A model generated the notes under the pieces. That model was not told where the DNA came from. It was given only the letters and a program-made list of their open reading frames with translations, and did not search any database. The position numbers were made by a program, and so were the translations under genes. Positions 1 through 12,961 of a DNA stretch of 64,000 nucleotides are shown here, one piece after another. How positions within the stretch are numbered: the first letter of the stretch is position 1; the number at the start of each line of letters is the position of its first letter. The DNA comes from an uncultured beta proteobacterium (lineage in GTDB: Bacteria; Pseudomonadota; Gammaproteobacteria; Burkholderiales; Burkholderiaceae_C). The stretch lies in NCBI GenBank assembly GCA_963756415.1, contig CAVWNT010000010.1, positions 72,920 to 136,919 of the forward strand, written 5' to 3'.

Positions 1-2181
<2,181 letters not shown>

Positions 2182-2185
<4 letters not shown>

Positions 2186-3669
2186 GGCCCGCCGACCAAG
2201 CCGACGACGAATCGCTGGACCCGGCCGACTGGCAGCAGTTCCGCGCGCTGGCGCACAAGATGGTCGATGCCGCGGTCGACAAGATGCAAGGCGCGCGCGA
2301 GGGCCGCGTCTGGACCGAGTTGCCGCAGCCGATGAAGGCCTCGCTGCAATCCCCGTTGCCCGACCAGGGGCTGGGGCCGGCGCTGACGCAGCAGCGCATC
2401 GAAGCGCTGTTGCCCTATGGCGTGGGCAACACCCATCCGCGCTTCTTCGGCTGGGTGCACGGCAGCGGCACGCCGGGCAACCTGATTGCCGACATCGCCG
2501 CGGCGGCGATGAACGCCAACCTCGGCGGGCGCGACCACGGCGCGATGTATGTCGAAAAGCAGGTGGTCGACTGGTGCCGCGAACTGTTCGGCTTCCCGCA
2601 AGGTTCGAGCGGCCTGGTCGTGTCGGGCACCTCGATCGCGACCGTGATCGCGTTGAAGGTGGCGCGCGACCGCTGCCTGGAATTCACCAGCCGCAAAAGT
2701 GGCATCGGCGCGGCGAAGCTGGTCGGCTACACCTCGACGCAGACCCATTCTTGCGTCGCACGCGCCTTCGACATCCTCGGCCTGGGCTCCGACGCGTTGC
2801 GCCGGATCGCGGTCGACGAGCGCTTCGAGATCGACATCGATGCGCTGAAGTCCGCCCTCGCCGCGGACCGCGCTGCCGGGCTGACGCCGTTTGTCATCGT
2901 CGGCACCGCCGGTGCGGTCAACGTCGGCGCCATCGACGACCTGGACGCGCTGGCCGACCTCGCCGCCGCCGAACGGCTGTGGCTGCATGTCGACGGCGCG
3001 TTCGGCGCCTGCGGCGTGCTCAGCGAGCGGCTGCGTCCGCGCCTGAGCGGACTGAAGCGCGCCGATTCGCTGGCCGTCGATTTCCACAAGTGGCTGCATG
3101 TCAACTACGACGCCGGCCTGGTGCTGATCCGCTCGGAGCCGGCGCACCGGCAAGCGTTTTCCGAGCGGCCCGACTACCTGAAGGGCGCCGAGCGCGGCCT
3201 GGCCGCCGGCAACCCGTGGCCGGTCGAATACGGCCCCGAACTGTCGCGCGGCTTTCGCGCACTGAAGATCTGGACCCAGTTCGCCGAACACGGCAGCGAC
3301 AAGCTCGGCCGAATGATCACGCGCAACTGCGAACAGGCGGCCTACCTGGCGCAGCAGGTGACGGCCCACCCGAACATGGCGCTGCTGGCGCCGGTGGCGA
3401 TGAACATCTGCTGCTTCTGTTATGTCGATGCGGGGTTGGCGTTGCCGGCGCTGGACCGTCTGAACGACGAGATCGTGATCCAGTTGCAGCTGCAGGGCAT
3501 CGCCGCGCCGTCGACCACGCTGATCCACGGCCGCACGGCGATCCGGGTCAACATCACCAATCACCGCACCCGCTTTGCCGATCTCGACCTGCTGGTGCAC
3601 GAGGTCGAGCGCATCGGTGCGTCGCTGGCTGCCGACGCCAACGCGGCGCTGCATAGGCCCGACGCCTGA
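2182..3669 (+). CDS. Group II PLP-dependent amino-acid decarboxylase
   Basis: ATGA overlap with the upstream gene. Motifs HPRFFGW, SGTSIAT, WLHVDGAFG, ADSLAVDFHKWLH and SRGFRALKIW. Confidence 0.88.
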
Positions 3670-3683
3670 GCCGGCGCTGAGCC

Positions 3684-5411
3684 TCAGCGCCGGGCGTGGC
3701 CGCCGATCATCTGCAGGATCTCGTGGAACACGCGGTTGCCCGGCGGCGCCGACAGGTCCAGCGCCTGGCCGCGGCTGTAGTACGGGCTCAGGTCGAGGCC
3801 GACGCCGATGCCGCAGATCTCGACCTGGCCGCTGCGCTCCAGGCGCTGACACGACGTCGCGCAGGTGATGGTCGAGGTAGTGCGCGTCGTTGGCCCGGTG
3901 CGTCGCGCTGTCCATCGGGCTGCCGTCGGAGACGACGAGCAGGATGCGGCGCTGCTCGCCACGGCCCTGCATGCGCTGGCAGGCCCAGTCGACCGCCTCG
4001 CCGTCGATGCCTTCGCGGAACAGGTCGGCCTTCAGCAGCGCGGCGATGTCGCGGCGGGCGCGCCGCCACGGCGTGTCGGCGGCCTTGAACACCAGGTGGC
4101 AGACCTCGTTCAGCCGCCCCGGGTGGCGCGGCCGCCCGGCGCGCTGCCAGTCGCGCTGCGCGCGCCCGCCGTTCCACGCACCGGTGGTGAAGCCGAGGAT
4201 TTCGCTGCTGACACCGGCCATCTCGAGCGCGCGCACGAAGACATCGATCAGCACCGCCACCGGCTCGATGTGCTGCTTCATCGACCCGGAGCAATCGATC
4301 AGGAAGCTGACCAGGCAATCGGCCAGCGGCTGCGGGCGGTCGATGCGGAACAGGCGCCGTTCGGTCGGCGAGCTGATCAGCTGCGCCAGGCTGCGGCCGT
4401 CGACCAGGCCTTCCTCCTGCGCGCCTTCCCAGCCGTCGACGAGCGGGCGCGCCAGCAACGCCCGCAGGTCACGCGCCAGCCGTGACAGGTTGATGCCCTG
4501 CTCGGCGATGCGGCGGTCGAGCCGCTGGCGATAGTCCAGCAGCAGCGCACGCCGCACCAGCGAGCCGGCATTCACCTCGCGGTCGTAGGCGCGCGTGAAG
4601 ACGCGGTAGCCGCCGGCGGCCTCGTCTAGCACCTTGCTGCGGCCCGCGTCGGCCACCGCAAAGCCGTCGTTCTCGTCGCCGTCGAGATCGAGCAGCAGGC
4701 TGAACAGGTTGCGGCGCGCATCGTCGCTGTCGTCGCCGCGCTCGGCGTCGTCGCTTTCGTCCTCGCGCTCGGCCATCAGCTCGGCCACGCGGCGCGCGAT
4801 CGCCAGCGCGTGCGCGCGCGTACGCGGCCTGGTCGAGCCGCGCGCGGCGCAGCCCCGCCAGGTCGTGGCCGATGTGCGGCGACGAGCATGCCGCGCGTGC
4901 CCTCGATCAGGTCTTCGGTGGCCTCGACCACCGGCTCGCCGCCGACGCGCGAGCGGCACACCTGCGCCACCGTGTACAGCAGCAGCCCGCGCGTGCTCTC
5001 GTTCAGGCCGCTGTCGTGATACGCCGCCGACCAGCGCTCGAAGCGATGGCGCAGGTTGCGGCGCAGACCCGGCATGTCGGCCGGCGCCTGCGCCTCGACG
5101 CGGAACTGCTCGAGCAGATCGAACACCAGCCGCTGCACCGGATCGGCGGGGCACAGGCCGGCGTGCAGTTCGGCATCGGAGCGCGCCAGGCGCAGCGCCA
5201 GGCCGTCGGCGGCGCCGCGAAACGATGCCAGATCGTCGTCGTCGAGCGACGGGTGCAGGTGCGGTGCGAAACGCGGCAGCGCGCGGGTGCCGCGGTGCAG
5301 CCGCTGGCCGCGGAAGTGCAGGTCGGCATCGCCGACGAGCGCGCGGATCGTCGCCGCGCACAGCTCCTCGAGCTTCTGCTGGTGGCGGGCGCGCGCCTGT
5401 GCCTGACCCAT
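3684..5411 (-). CDS. CobT-like von Willebrand factor A (vWA) protein, frameshifted in this sequence
   Basis: CobT-like N-terminus (FRGAADGLAL...LEQFRVE), an acidic linker, the MIDAS motif LIDCSGSM, EILGFTTGAWNGG, PGRLN and SDGSPMD. Split across frames. Confidence 0.8.
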
Positions 5412-5435
5412 GCTGCTGCGTGCGGTGAGCAGCGG

Positions 5436-6416
5436 CTAAGAAGCGTCGGCCGCCGGCCGGTAGGACTCGGCGAGCTCGCCGTCGAAGCAGCGCTGGTAGT
5501 ACTCGGCCACGATCGGCCGTTCGGCGTCGTCGCACTTGTTCAGGAACGAGAAGCGGAACGCGATTTCCGGGTCGCGGAAGATCTCGCAGTTCTCGGCCCA
5601 GGTGATCACCGTGCGCGGCGACATCAGGGTCGACAGGTCGCCGGCGGCGAAGCCCTTGCGCGTCATGTCGGCCACCGCGACCATCTGCTCGATGTGCGCG
5701 CGCCCGCGCGGGTTGTTCTTGCCCGGCACGCGCGCCAGCACGATCGCGACCTCTTCGTCGCGCGGCAGGTAGTTCAGCGCCGCGACGATGTTCCAGCGGT
5801 CGATCTGCGCATGGTTGAGCCGCTGCACGCCGTGGTACAGGCCGTTCAGGTTGCCCAGGCCGACCGTGTTCGAGGTCGCGAACAGGCGGAAGTACGGGTG
5901 CGGCGTGATGACCGTGTTCTGGTCCATCAAGGTGAACTTGCCGTCGCGCTCGAGGATGCGCTGGATCACGAACATCACGTCGGGCCGGCCGGCATCGTAT
6001 TCGTCGAAGACCAGCGCCACCGGCCGCCGCAGCGACCACGGCACGATGCCCTCCTGGAACTCGGTCACCTGCTGGCCGTCGCGCAGCACCACCGCATCCT
6101 TGCCGACCAGATCGAGCCGGCTGATGTGGGCATCGAGGTTGACGCGCACGCAGGGCCAGTTCAGGCGCGCCGCCACCTGCTCGATGTGCGTCGACTTGCC
6201 GGTGCCGTGCAGGCCCTGCACCATCACGCGGCGGTTGCGCGTGAAGCCGGCCAGCAGCGCCAGCGTGACCTCCGGGTTGAAGCGGTAGACCGTGTCGATC
6301 TCGGGCACATGCTCGTCGCGTTCGGCGAACGCGGGCACCTGCATGTCGGTGTCGATGCCGAAGACCTCACGCACCGACAGCTGGCGGTCGGGCTCCTTGA
6401 CGCTGATGTCGGCCAT
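5436..6416 (-). CDS. CobS-like MoxR-family AAA+ ATPase
   Basis: Intact 326 aa. Walker [10 protein letters not shown], Walker [45 protein letters not shown] upstream. Confidence 0.9.
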   Translation of the reverse strand: MADISVKEPDRQLSVREVFGIDTDMQVPAFAERDEHVPEIDTVYRFNPEVTLALLAGFTRNRRVMVQGLHGTGKSTHIEQVAARLNWPCVRVNLDAHISRLDLVGKDAVVLRDGQQVTEFQEGIVPWSLRRPVALVFDEYDAGRPDVMFVIQRILERDGKFTLMDQNTVITPHPYFRLFATSNTVGLGNLNGLYHGVQRLNHAQIDRWNIVAALNYLPRDEEVAIVLARVPGKNNPRGRAHIEQMVAVADMTRKGFAAGDLSTLMSPRTVITWAENCEIFRDPEIAFRFSFLNKCDDAERPIVAEYYQRCFDGELAESYRPAADAS

Positions 6417-6440
6417 GGCCAGCTCCTTGGGTTGACGAAC

Positions 6441-6583
6441 AGGCTAACAAGCCGGCGCAGGCCGACGTAGAGCCAGTTGGCATCGATCGTGGGGCCCAGC
6501 GCCGCGCGGCGAGGGCGCCGATCGCTGGCGCCTACGAAAGCGGCGAACTGGCCCTATGGCGCGGGCCGCACAGCTAATACTGT
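6441..6583. promoter_or_regulatory. Divergent promoter with four TauR/MocR-like CTGG(N)CCTA boxes and two -10 elements
   Basis: Minus-strand boxes AACTGGCTCTA (6468-6478) and CTGGGCCCCA (6490-6499). Plus-strand boxes CTGGCGCCTA (6525-6534) and AACTGGCCCTA (6546-6556). Each pair has a 23-bp period. The -10-like hexamers TAGCCT (minus, 6441-6446) and TACTGT (plus, 6578-6583) both lie 21 nt from their proximal box. Confidence 0.6.
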
Positions 6584-6699
6584 AAGAGCCCTGGAGACAG
6601 GCCGGCCGGCAGCCAGCGGCCGGCGACCTTCTCCACCAGCCCCGCTGCCGGCCAAGACCCGGCTTCATCGATCTCGAGCGCAGACCCACAGGAGCAGAC

Positions 6700-8523
6700 A
6701 TGGCAGCCAAAGAATCCGCATCCACCCGTTCGGTGCCCACCGGAGCGACCCGCATGACCCCCAGCGAGGCCTTCGTCGAGACGATGGTGGCCAACGGCGT
6801 GACCGACATGTTCGGCATCATGGGCTCGGCCTTCATGGATGCGATGGACATCTTCGCGCCGGCCGGCATCCGCCTGATCCCGGTGGTGCACGAGCAGGGC
6901 GCGGGCCACATGGCCGACGGTTATGCCCGCGTCTCGGGCCGCCACGGCGTGGTCATCGGCCAGAACGGCCCCGGCATCAGCAACTGCGTCACGGCCATCG
7001 CCGCGGCCTACTGGGCGCACAGCCCGGTGGTGATCGTGACGCCCGAGACCGGCACCATGGGCATCGGCCTGGGCGGCTTCCAGGAAGCCAATCAGCTGCC
7101 GATGTTCCAGGAGTTCACCCGCTACCAGGGCCACGTCACGCACCCGGCGCGCATGGCCGAGTACACCGGCCGCTGCTTCGACCGTGCCATGTCCGACATG
7201 GGCCCGACGCAGCTGAACATCCCGCGCGACTACTTCTACGGCGACATCACCTGCGAGATCCCGAAGCCGATGCGCGTCGAGCGCGGCGCCGGCGGCGACG
7301 AAGAGCCTGAAGGCGGCGGCCGAGCTGCTGGCCAACGCCAAGTTCCCGGTCATCCTGTCCGGCGGCGGCGTGGTGATGGGCGATGCGGTCGAGGAGTGCA
7401 AGGCGCTGGCCGAGCGCCTGGGCGCACCGGTCGTCAACGGCTACCTGCGCAACGATTCCTTCCCCGCCAGCCACCCGCTGTGGTGCGGCCCGCTCGGCTA
7501 CCAGGGCTCGAAGGCGGCGATGAAGCTGATCGCGAAGGCCGACGTGGTGATCGCGCTGGGCTCGCGCATGGGCCCCTTCGGCACCCTGCCGCAGCACGGC
7601 CTGGACTACTGGCCGAAGGACGGCCAAGATCATCCAGGTCGAGGCCGACCACACCAACCTCGGGCTGGTGAAGAAGATCTCGGTCGGCATCTGCGGCGAC
7701 GCCAAGGCCGCCGCCACCGCGCTGACCGAGCATGCTCGGCAACCGCAAGCTGGCCTGCGACGAGACCAAGGATGCGCGCGCCAAGGAAATCGCCGCCGAG
7801 AAGAAGGCCTGGGAGGCCGAACTCGATGGCTGGACGCACGAGAAGGATTCGTTCAGCCTCGACATGATCGAGGAGAACAAGCAGGAGAAGCCCTTCTCCG
7901 GTGGCGAGTACCTGCACCCGCGGCAGGTGCTGCGCGAGCTCGAGAAGGCGATGCCGCCGGACGTGATGGTCTCGACCGACATCGGCAACATCAACTCGGT
8001 GGCCAACAGCTACCTGCGCTTCGACAAGCCGCGCAGCTTCTTCGCGGCGATGAGCTTCGGCAACTGCGGCTACGCCTGCCCGACCATCATCGGCGCCAAG
8101 GTGGCCGCGCCGCATCGCCCGGCGGTGTCGTATGCCGGTGACGGCGCGTGGGGCATGAGCCTGATGGAAACCATGACCTGCGTGCGCCACAACATCCCGG
8201 TGACCGCGGTGGTGTTCCACAACCGGCAGTGGGGCGCCGAGAAGAAGAACCAGGTCGACTTCTACAACCGCCGCTTCGTCGCCGGCGAACTCGACAACCA
8301 GAGCTTCGCCGCGATCGCCAAGGCGATGGGTGCCGAGGCCATCGTCGTCGACAAGCTCGAGGACGTCGGCCCGGCGCTGAAGAAGGCGATCGACATGCAG
8401 ATGAACGAGGGCAAGACCTGCGTCATCGAGATCATGTGCACGCGCGAACTCGGCGACCCGTTCCGCCGCGACGCGCTGGCCAAGCCGGTGCGCTATCTCG
8501 AAAAGTACCGCGACTACGTCTGA
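6700..8523 (+). CDS. xsc: Sulfoacetaldehyde acetyltransferase (ThDP-dependent), frameshifted in this sequence
   Basis: MTPSEAFVET, FGIMGSAFMD, HEQGAGHMADGYARVSGR, QNGPGISNC, ThDP motif GDGAWGMS...HNRQWGAEKKNQ, C-terminal ELGDPFRRDAL. RBS AGGAG. Confidence 0.95.
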
Positions 8524-8543
8524 GCCGCGCGCCGGTGCCCGCG

Positions 8544-9518
8544 ATGAACGAGTCCCTCGATGTCGATGCGCACCCGCGCCTGGCCGCGCTGGTGCAGCGG
8601 GCGCGCGCCAGCGCGGCCGACGCGCCGCCCGCGATCGCGCTGGCCTACCCGTGCGACGCGCTGGCGATCGAGGCGGCAGCGGGCATGCAGGCGCTCGGGC
8701 TGGCGCGGCCGCTGCTGGTCGGGCCGCGCGAGCGCATCGTGCGCGCGGCCGCGTCGGCGCAGCAGGACGCCGGCGCCTTCGAGATCGTCGACACCGGCGA
8801 CACGCGCCGCCGCAGCGGCGACACGGGCCGCGCAGCTGGCCCGCGACGGCGTCGTCGGCGCGCTGATGAAGGGATCGCTGCACACCGACGAACTGCTGGC
8901 GGCGGTGGTCGCCAAGGCGAACGGCCTGCGCGGCGAGCGCGCGCATCAGCCATGCCTTCGTCTTCGACCTGCCGCGCTATCCGAAGCTGCTGGCGCTGGC
9001 CGACTGCGTCGTCAACATCGCGCCCGACCTGCGCACCAAGACCAACATCCTGGCCAACGCGATCGAGCTGCTGCAACACCTGGGCATCGCGCAGCCGAAG
9101 GTCGCCATCGTCGCGGCCGTCGAAACGGTCAACCCGGCGATCCCGGCCACCGTCGATGCGCAGGCACTGGTGGCGATGGCACGCGACGGCGCCTGGCCCG
9201 GCGCGCATCGTCGAAGGACCGTTCGGCTTCGACAACGCGATCTCGGCGCAGGCCGCACGCATCAAGGGCATCGAATCGCAGGTGGCCGGCGACGCCGACC
9301 TGCTGCTGGTGCCCGACCTGAACGCCGGCAACATGCTGTACAAGAGTTTCAACTACATCGGCGGCGGCGATTGCGCCGGCCTGGTGCTCGGCGCCAAGGT
9401 GCCGATCGTGCTGACCTCGCGCGCCGACTCGGCCGCCTCGCGCATCGCCTCGCTGGCGCTGGCGGTGTTGCTGGTCGCCAGCCGTGGCGCAGCGGCAGCC
9501 GCGTCGGGCGCGGCATGA
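8544..9518 (+). CDS. pta: Phosphate acetyl/butyryltransferase, frameshifted
   Basis: LMKGSLHTDELL, EGPFGFDNAIS, VAGDADLLLVPDLNAGNMLYK, LGAKVPIVLTSRADS. Directly downstream of xsc. Confidence 0.85.
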   Translation: MNESLDVDAHPRLAALVQRARASAADAPPAIALAYPCDALAIEAAAGMQALGLARPLLVGPRERIVRAAASAQQDAGAFEIVDTGDTRRRSGDTGRAAGPRRRRRRADEGIAAHRRTAGGGGRQGERPARRARASAMPSSSTCRAIRSCWRWPTASSTSRPTCAPRPTSWPTRSSCCNTWASRSRRSPSSRPSKRSTRRSRPPSMRRHWWRWHATAPGPARIVEGPFGFDNAISAQAARIKGIESQVAGDADLLLVPDLNAGNMLYKSFNYIGGGDCAGLVLGAKVPIVLTSRADSAASRIASLALAVLLVASRGAAAAASGAA

Positions 9519-10577
9519 GCGCGACGCCGACCCATCCGCCCAGGGCCTCGATGACGCCGGGCGCGGCGCTGCGCCGCGTGCAGATGGTGACGCCGGGCGT
9601 CGGGCTGGCCGCGGTGATCGCGCTCGCGGCCACCGCGGTGTCGACGCTGCACGGCGGGCCGCAGCTGCTGTATGCGCTGCTGATGGGCGTTGCCTTCCAC
9701 TACCTGAGCCACGAGGCGCGCACCAAGCCGGGCATCGAGTTCTGCAGCCGTGCCGTGCTGCGGCTGGGCGTCGGCCTGCTCGGCGCGCGCATCACCGCGA
9801 CGCAGATTGCCGGGCTGGGCTGGGAAACCGCGCTGACCGTGATCGCGGCGCTGGTGACCACGATGCTGTGCGGCCTGCTGATCGGCAAGCGGCTGGGCAT
9901 GACCCGCGCCCAGCGGGTGCTGTCCGGTGGCGCGGTGGCGATCTGCGGCGCCTCGGCCGCGCTGGCGATCTCGGCGGTGCTGCCGCGCGAGACGGGACGG
10001 CGACCGCTTCACGTTGATGGTCGTCGTCACGGTGACGGTGCTGTCGACCCTGGCGATGGTCTTCTACCCGCTGATCGCGCGGCTGCTGCAGCTGCCGCCC
10101 GAGATGGCCGGCCTGTTTCTCGGCGGCACCATCCACGACGTGGCCCAGGTCGTCGGCGCCGGCTACATGCTCAACCACGAGACCGGCGACATCGCCACCA
10201 TCGTCAAGCTGTTTCGCGTCTCGATGTTGACGGTGGTGGTGGTGATCGTCGCGGCGGCCTTCAAGAAGTCGCGCGAGCGTGCGCTGGCCGAGGCCACGCC
10301 CGGGCGCACGCCGGCGCGGCAGGCGCTGGTGCCGTGGTTCCTGTGGCTGTTCGTCGCCATGGTGCTGCTCAATTCGCTGGGCGCCTTCGCGGCGCCGCTG
10401 CAGGCCGCGCTGAACGACGTGTCGCGCGCCTGCCTGGTGGTGGCGATCGCCGCCCTCGGCATGAAGACCAGCTTCGCCCAGCTGGCGCGCGCCGGCTGGC
10501 GCCCGCTGGCGCTGATCGTCGTCGAGACGGTGTGGATCGCCGCGTTCGTGCTGGCGGTGATCGTGCTGCGGCACTGA
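9515..10577 (+). CDS. YeiH/TauZ-type putative sulfate/sulfite exporter, frameshifted
   Basis: Multiple hydrophobic helices with LRLGVGLLG, GGAVAICGASAALA, GGTIHDVAQVVGAG and IVKLFRV. ATGA overlap with pta. Confidence 0.85.
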
Positions 10578-10616
10578 TACGCTGGCGGCCCAGGCCACGC
10601 TCAGCAGGACAGCCAG

Positions 10617-10901
10617 ATGAACGCCACCCCCTCGGTCCAGGTCGACAACGAACGTGTCATCGTCACGCTGTGGACCTTCCCCCCCGGCGCCGACACCGGC
10701 CACCATGTGCATGGGCACGACTATGTGGTGGTGCCGCTGACCAGCGGCATCCTGCGGCTGGTCGAGCCCGGCGGCGTGCGCGACGTGCCGATGACCGCCG
10801 GCGCGTCGTATGCCCGCGAAGCCGGCGTCGCGCACAACGTCATCAACGCCAACGACTTCGAGTTCCGCTTCGTCGAGATCGAGCTGAAGCAGCGCGGCTG
10901 A
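10617..10901 (+). CDS. Small cupin, BauB-like
   Basis: 94 aa: VDNERVIVT, TGHHVHGHDYVVVP, REAGVAHNVIN, FVEIELK. Confidence 0.75.
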   Translation: MNATPSVQVDNERVIVTLWTFPPGADTGHHVHGHDYVVVPLTSGILRLVEPGGVRDVPMTAGASYAREAGVAHNVINANDFEFRFVEIELKQRG

Positions 10902-10937
10902 ACCGGCGCGCCAGCCCGGCGGTGCCGCGCAGCGGCG

Positions 10938-12177
10938 TCAATTGCAGCCGTGGATCATCTCGCGCACGCGCGGATAGATCTGCTGCTGCCAGCGCCTGCC
11001 GCTGAACACGCCGTAGTGGCCGACGCCGAGCTGCACGTGGTGGCTCTTCATGTACGGCCGGATGCCGGTGCACAGGTCGTGCGCGGCCACCGTCTGGCCG
11101 ATGCTGCAGATGTCGTCGCGCTCGCCTTCGACGGTGAACAGCGCGGTGCGGCGGATCGCGGCCGGGCTCGACCTTCTCGCCGCGCACGCAGAACTCGCCC
11201 TTGGCCAGCCGGTATTCCTGGAACACCTGGCCGACGGTTTCCAGGTAGAACTCGGCGGGCAGGTCGTTGACGGCGAAGTACTCGTCGTAGAAGCGGATCG
11301 TCGCGTCGGCCGCCACCGCGTCGCCGTTCGACAGGTGCTCGTACAGGCTCTTGAACGCCTGCTGGTGGCGCTCGCGGGTTCATGCTCATGAACGCGGTGA
11401 GCTGCAGGAAGCCCGGGATAGACGCGGCGCAGCGCGCCGGCATAGCGCCAGCGGCACGCTGCTGATCAGGTTCTTCTCGAACCATTCGAGCGGCTTGCCG
11501 GTGGCCAGCTGGTTGACCTGCGTCGGGTTGATGCGGCAGTCGATCGGCCCGGCCATCAAGCGTCATGCTGCGCGGCTGCGCCGGGTGCTCGTCGCGCCGC
11601 CATCAGCGCCACCGCCGCCAGGGTCGGCACGCACGGCTGGCACACCGCCACCAGGTGCGTGTGCTCGCCGAGCGCTTCGATGAAGGCGATCAGGTGCTCG
11701 ACGTATTCGTCGAGGCCGAAGCGGCCTTCGCGCAGCGGCACGTGGCGGGCGTTGTGCCAGTCGGTGATGTACACGTCGTGGTCGGCGCAGCATCGTGCGC
11801 GCGGTGTCGTTGAGCAAGGTCGCGAAGTGGCCCGACAGCGGCGCCACGATCAGCACCTTCGGCCGCTCGGGCCGGTGCGCTTCGCCGAGGTCGTCGCGCA
11901 CGAAGCGCTGCAGCGTGCAGAACGGCAGCCGCTGCACCGCAAGCTCGCGCACCGGCACCTGGATGTCGCCCACCGGCACCGAATCGATGCCGAAGGACGG
12001 CCGCAGGTGCGTCAGCTGCATGCGCGAGAACACCTCCCAGGCGGCGGCGAGCTTGCGGCTGGCCGGCGTCTTCATCGCGCCGAACCAGTCGTGGTTCAGG
12101 TACGCGGCGCCGATGCGCGCGGCTTGCTGCAGCGGGCCGAGCCAGTCGTTGTGAAGCTGGTAGGCGTGATACAGCAT
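10938..12177 (-). CDS. phaZ: Intracellular polyhydroxyalkanoate depolymerase, frameshifted
   Basis: MLYHAYQ, VAPLSGHFATLL, VYITDWHNAR, catalytic AVCQP, DLPAEFYLET, EGERDDI, GHYGVF. Confidence 0.9.
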
Positions 12178-12247
12178 CGGTGGGTGGGTGCGGTGGCCGG
12201 GAACAAGCCACTCAGGCAATTCCCGGACCATGGCCGATGCACCAAGC

Positions 12248-12262
12248 TGGCACAGCGCTTGC
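12248..12262 (+). promoter_or_regulatory. Sigma54 (-24/-12) promoter
   Basis: Exact TGGCAC-N5-TTGC (TGGCACAGCGCTTGC), ending 32 nt before the GST start codon and on the same strand. Confidence 0.7.
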
Positions 12263-12294
12263 GACAGGCGTGTGCCAGCCGGAGCCCACGCACC

Positions 12295-12951
12295 ATGTCG
12301 AAGACCACGCTCACCATCAGCAGCAAGAACTATTCGTCGTGGTCGCTGCGCGGCTGGCTGCTGGCCCGCTTCGCCGGGCTCGACTTCGACGAGGTGGTGC
12401 TGCCGCCCGACGACCCCGGCGTGCGCGCCGAGATGCTGCTGCTGTCGCCGTCGATGCTGGTGCCGTGCCTGCGCCACGAGGGCGCCACCGTGTGGGACAC
12501 GCTGGCCATCGCCGAGTACCTGAACGAACTCAAGCCGAAGGCCGGCCTGCTGCCCGCGGACCGCGCCGCGCGCGCGCATTGCCGTTCGATCTGCGGCGAG
12601 ATGCACTCGGGCTTCACCTCCCTGCGCTCGGCGCTGCCGATGAACCTGAAGGCCGCTTCCCGGGCTACAAGGTGTGGAGCCGCGCGCAGAGCGACATCGA
12701 CCGCGTGGTCGAGATCTGGAGCGAATGCCTGAAGACGCTACGGCGGCCCGTACCTGTTCGGCGAGCGCAGCATGGCCGACGCGATGTATGCGCCGGTGGT
12801 GACGCGGCTGCAGACCTACGACGTGCGCATGAGCGATGCCGGCGCCATCGGCTATTGCCTGCACATCATGGCGATGCCCGAGCTGCGCGAGTGGATCGCG
12901 GCAGCCCACCTCGAGCCCGAGGACATCGACGAGCTCGAAGTGGAGTTCTGA
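12295..12951 (+). CDS. Glutathione S-transferase family protein, frameshifted
   Basis: SSKNYSSWSLRGWL, VWDTLAIAEYL, EMHSGF, ADAMYAPVV. Confidence 0.85.
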
Positions 12952-12961
12952 GCCCGCGCGC

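Noticed and set aside
3684-6416. Cobaltochelatase CobST for B12 synthesis
   Set aside because: No cobN or other cob genes lie in the window, and the context and shared promoter point to sulfonate metabolism. Not fully excluded without a phylogeny.
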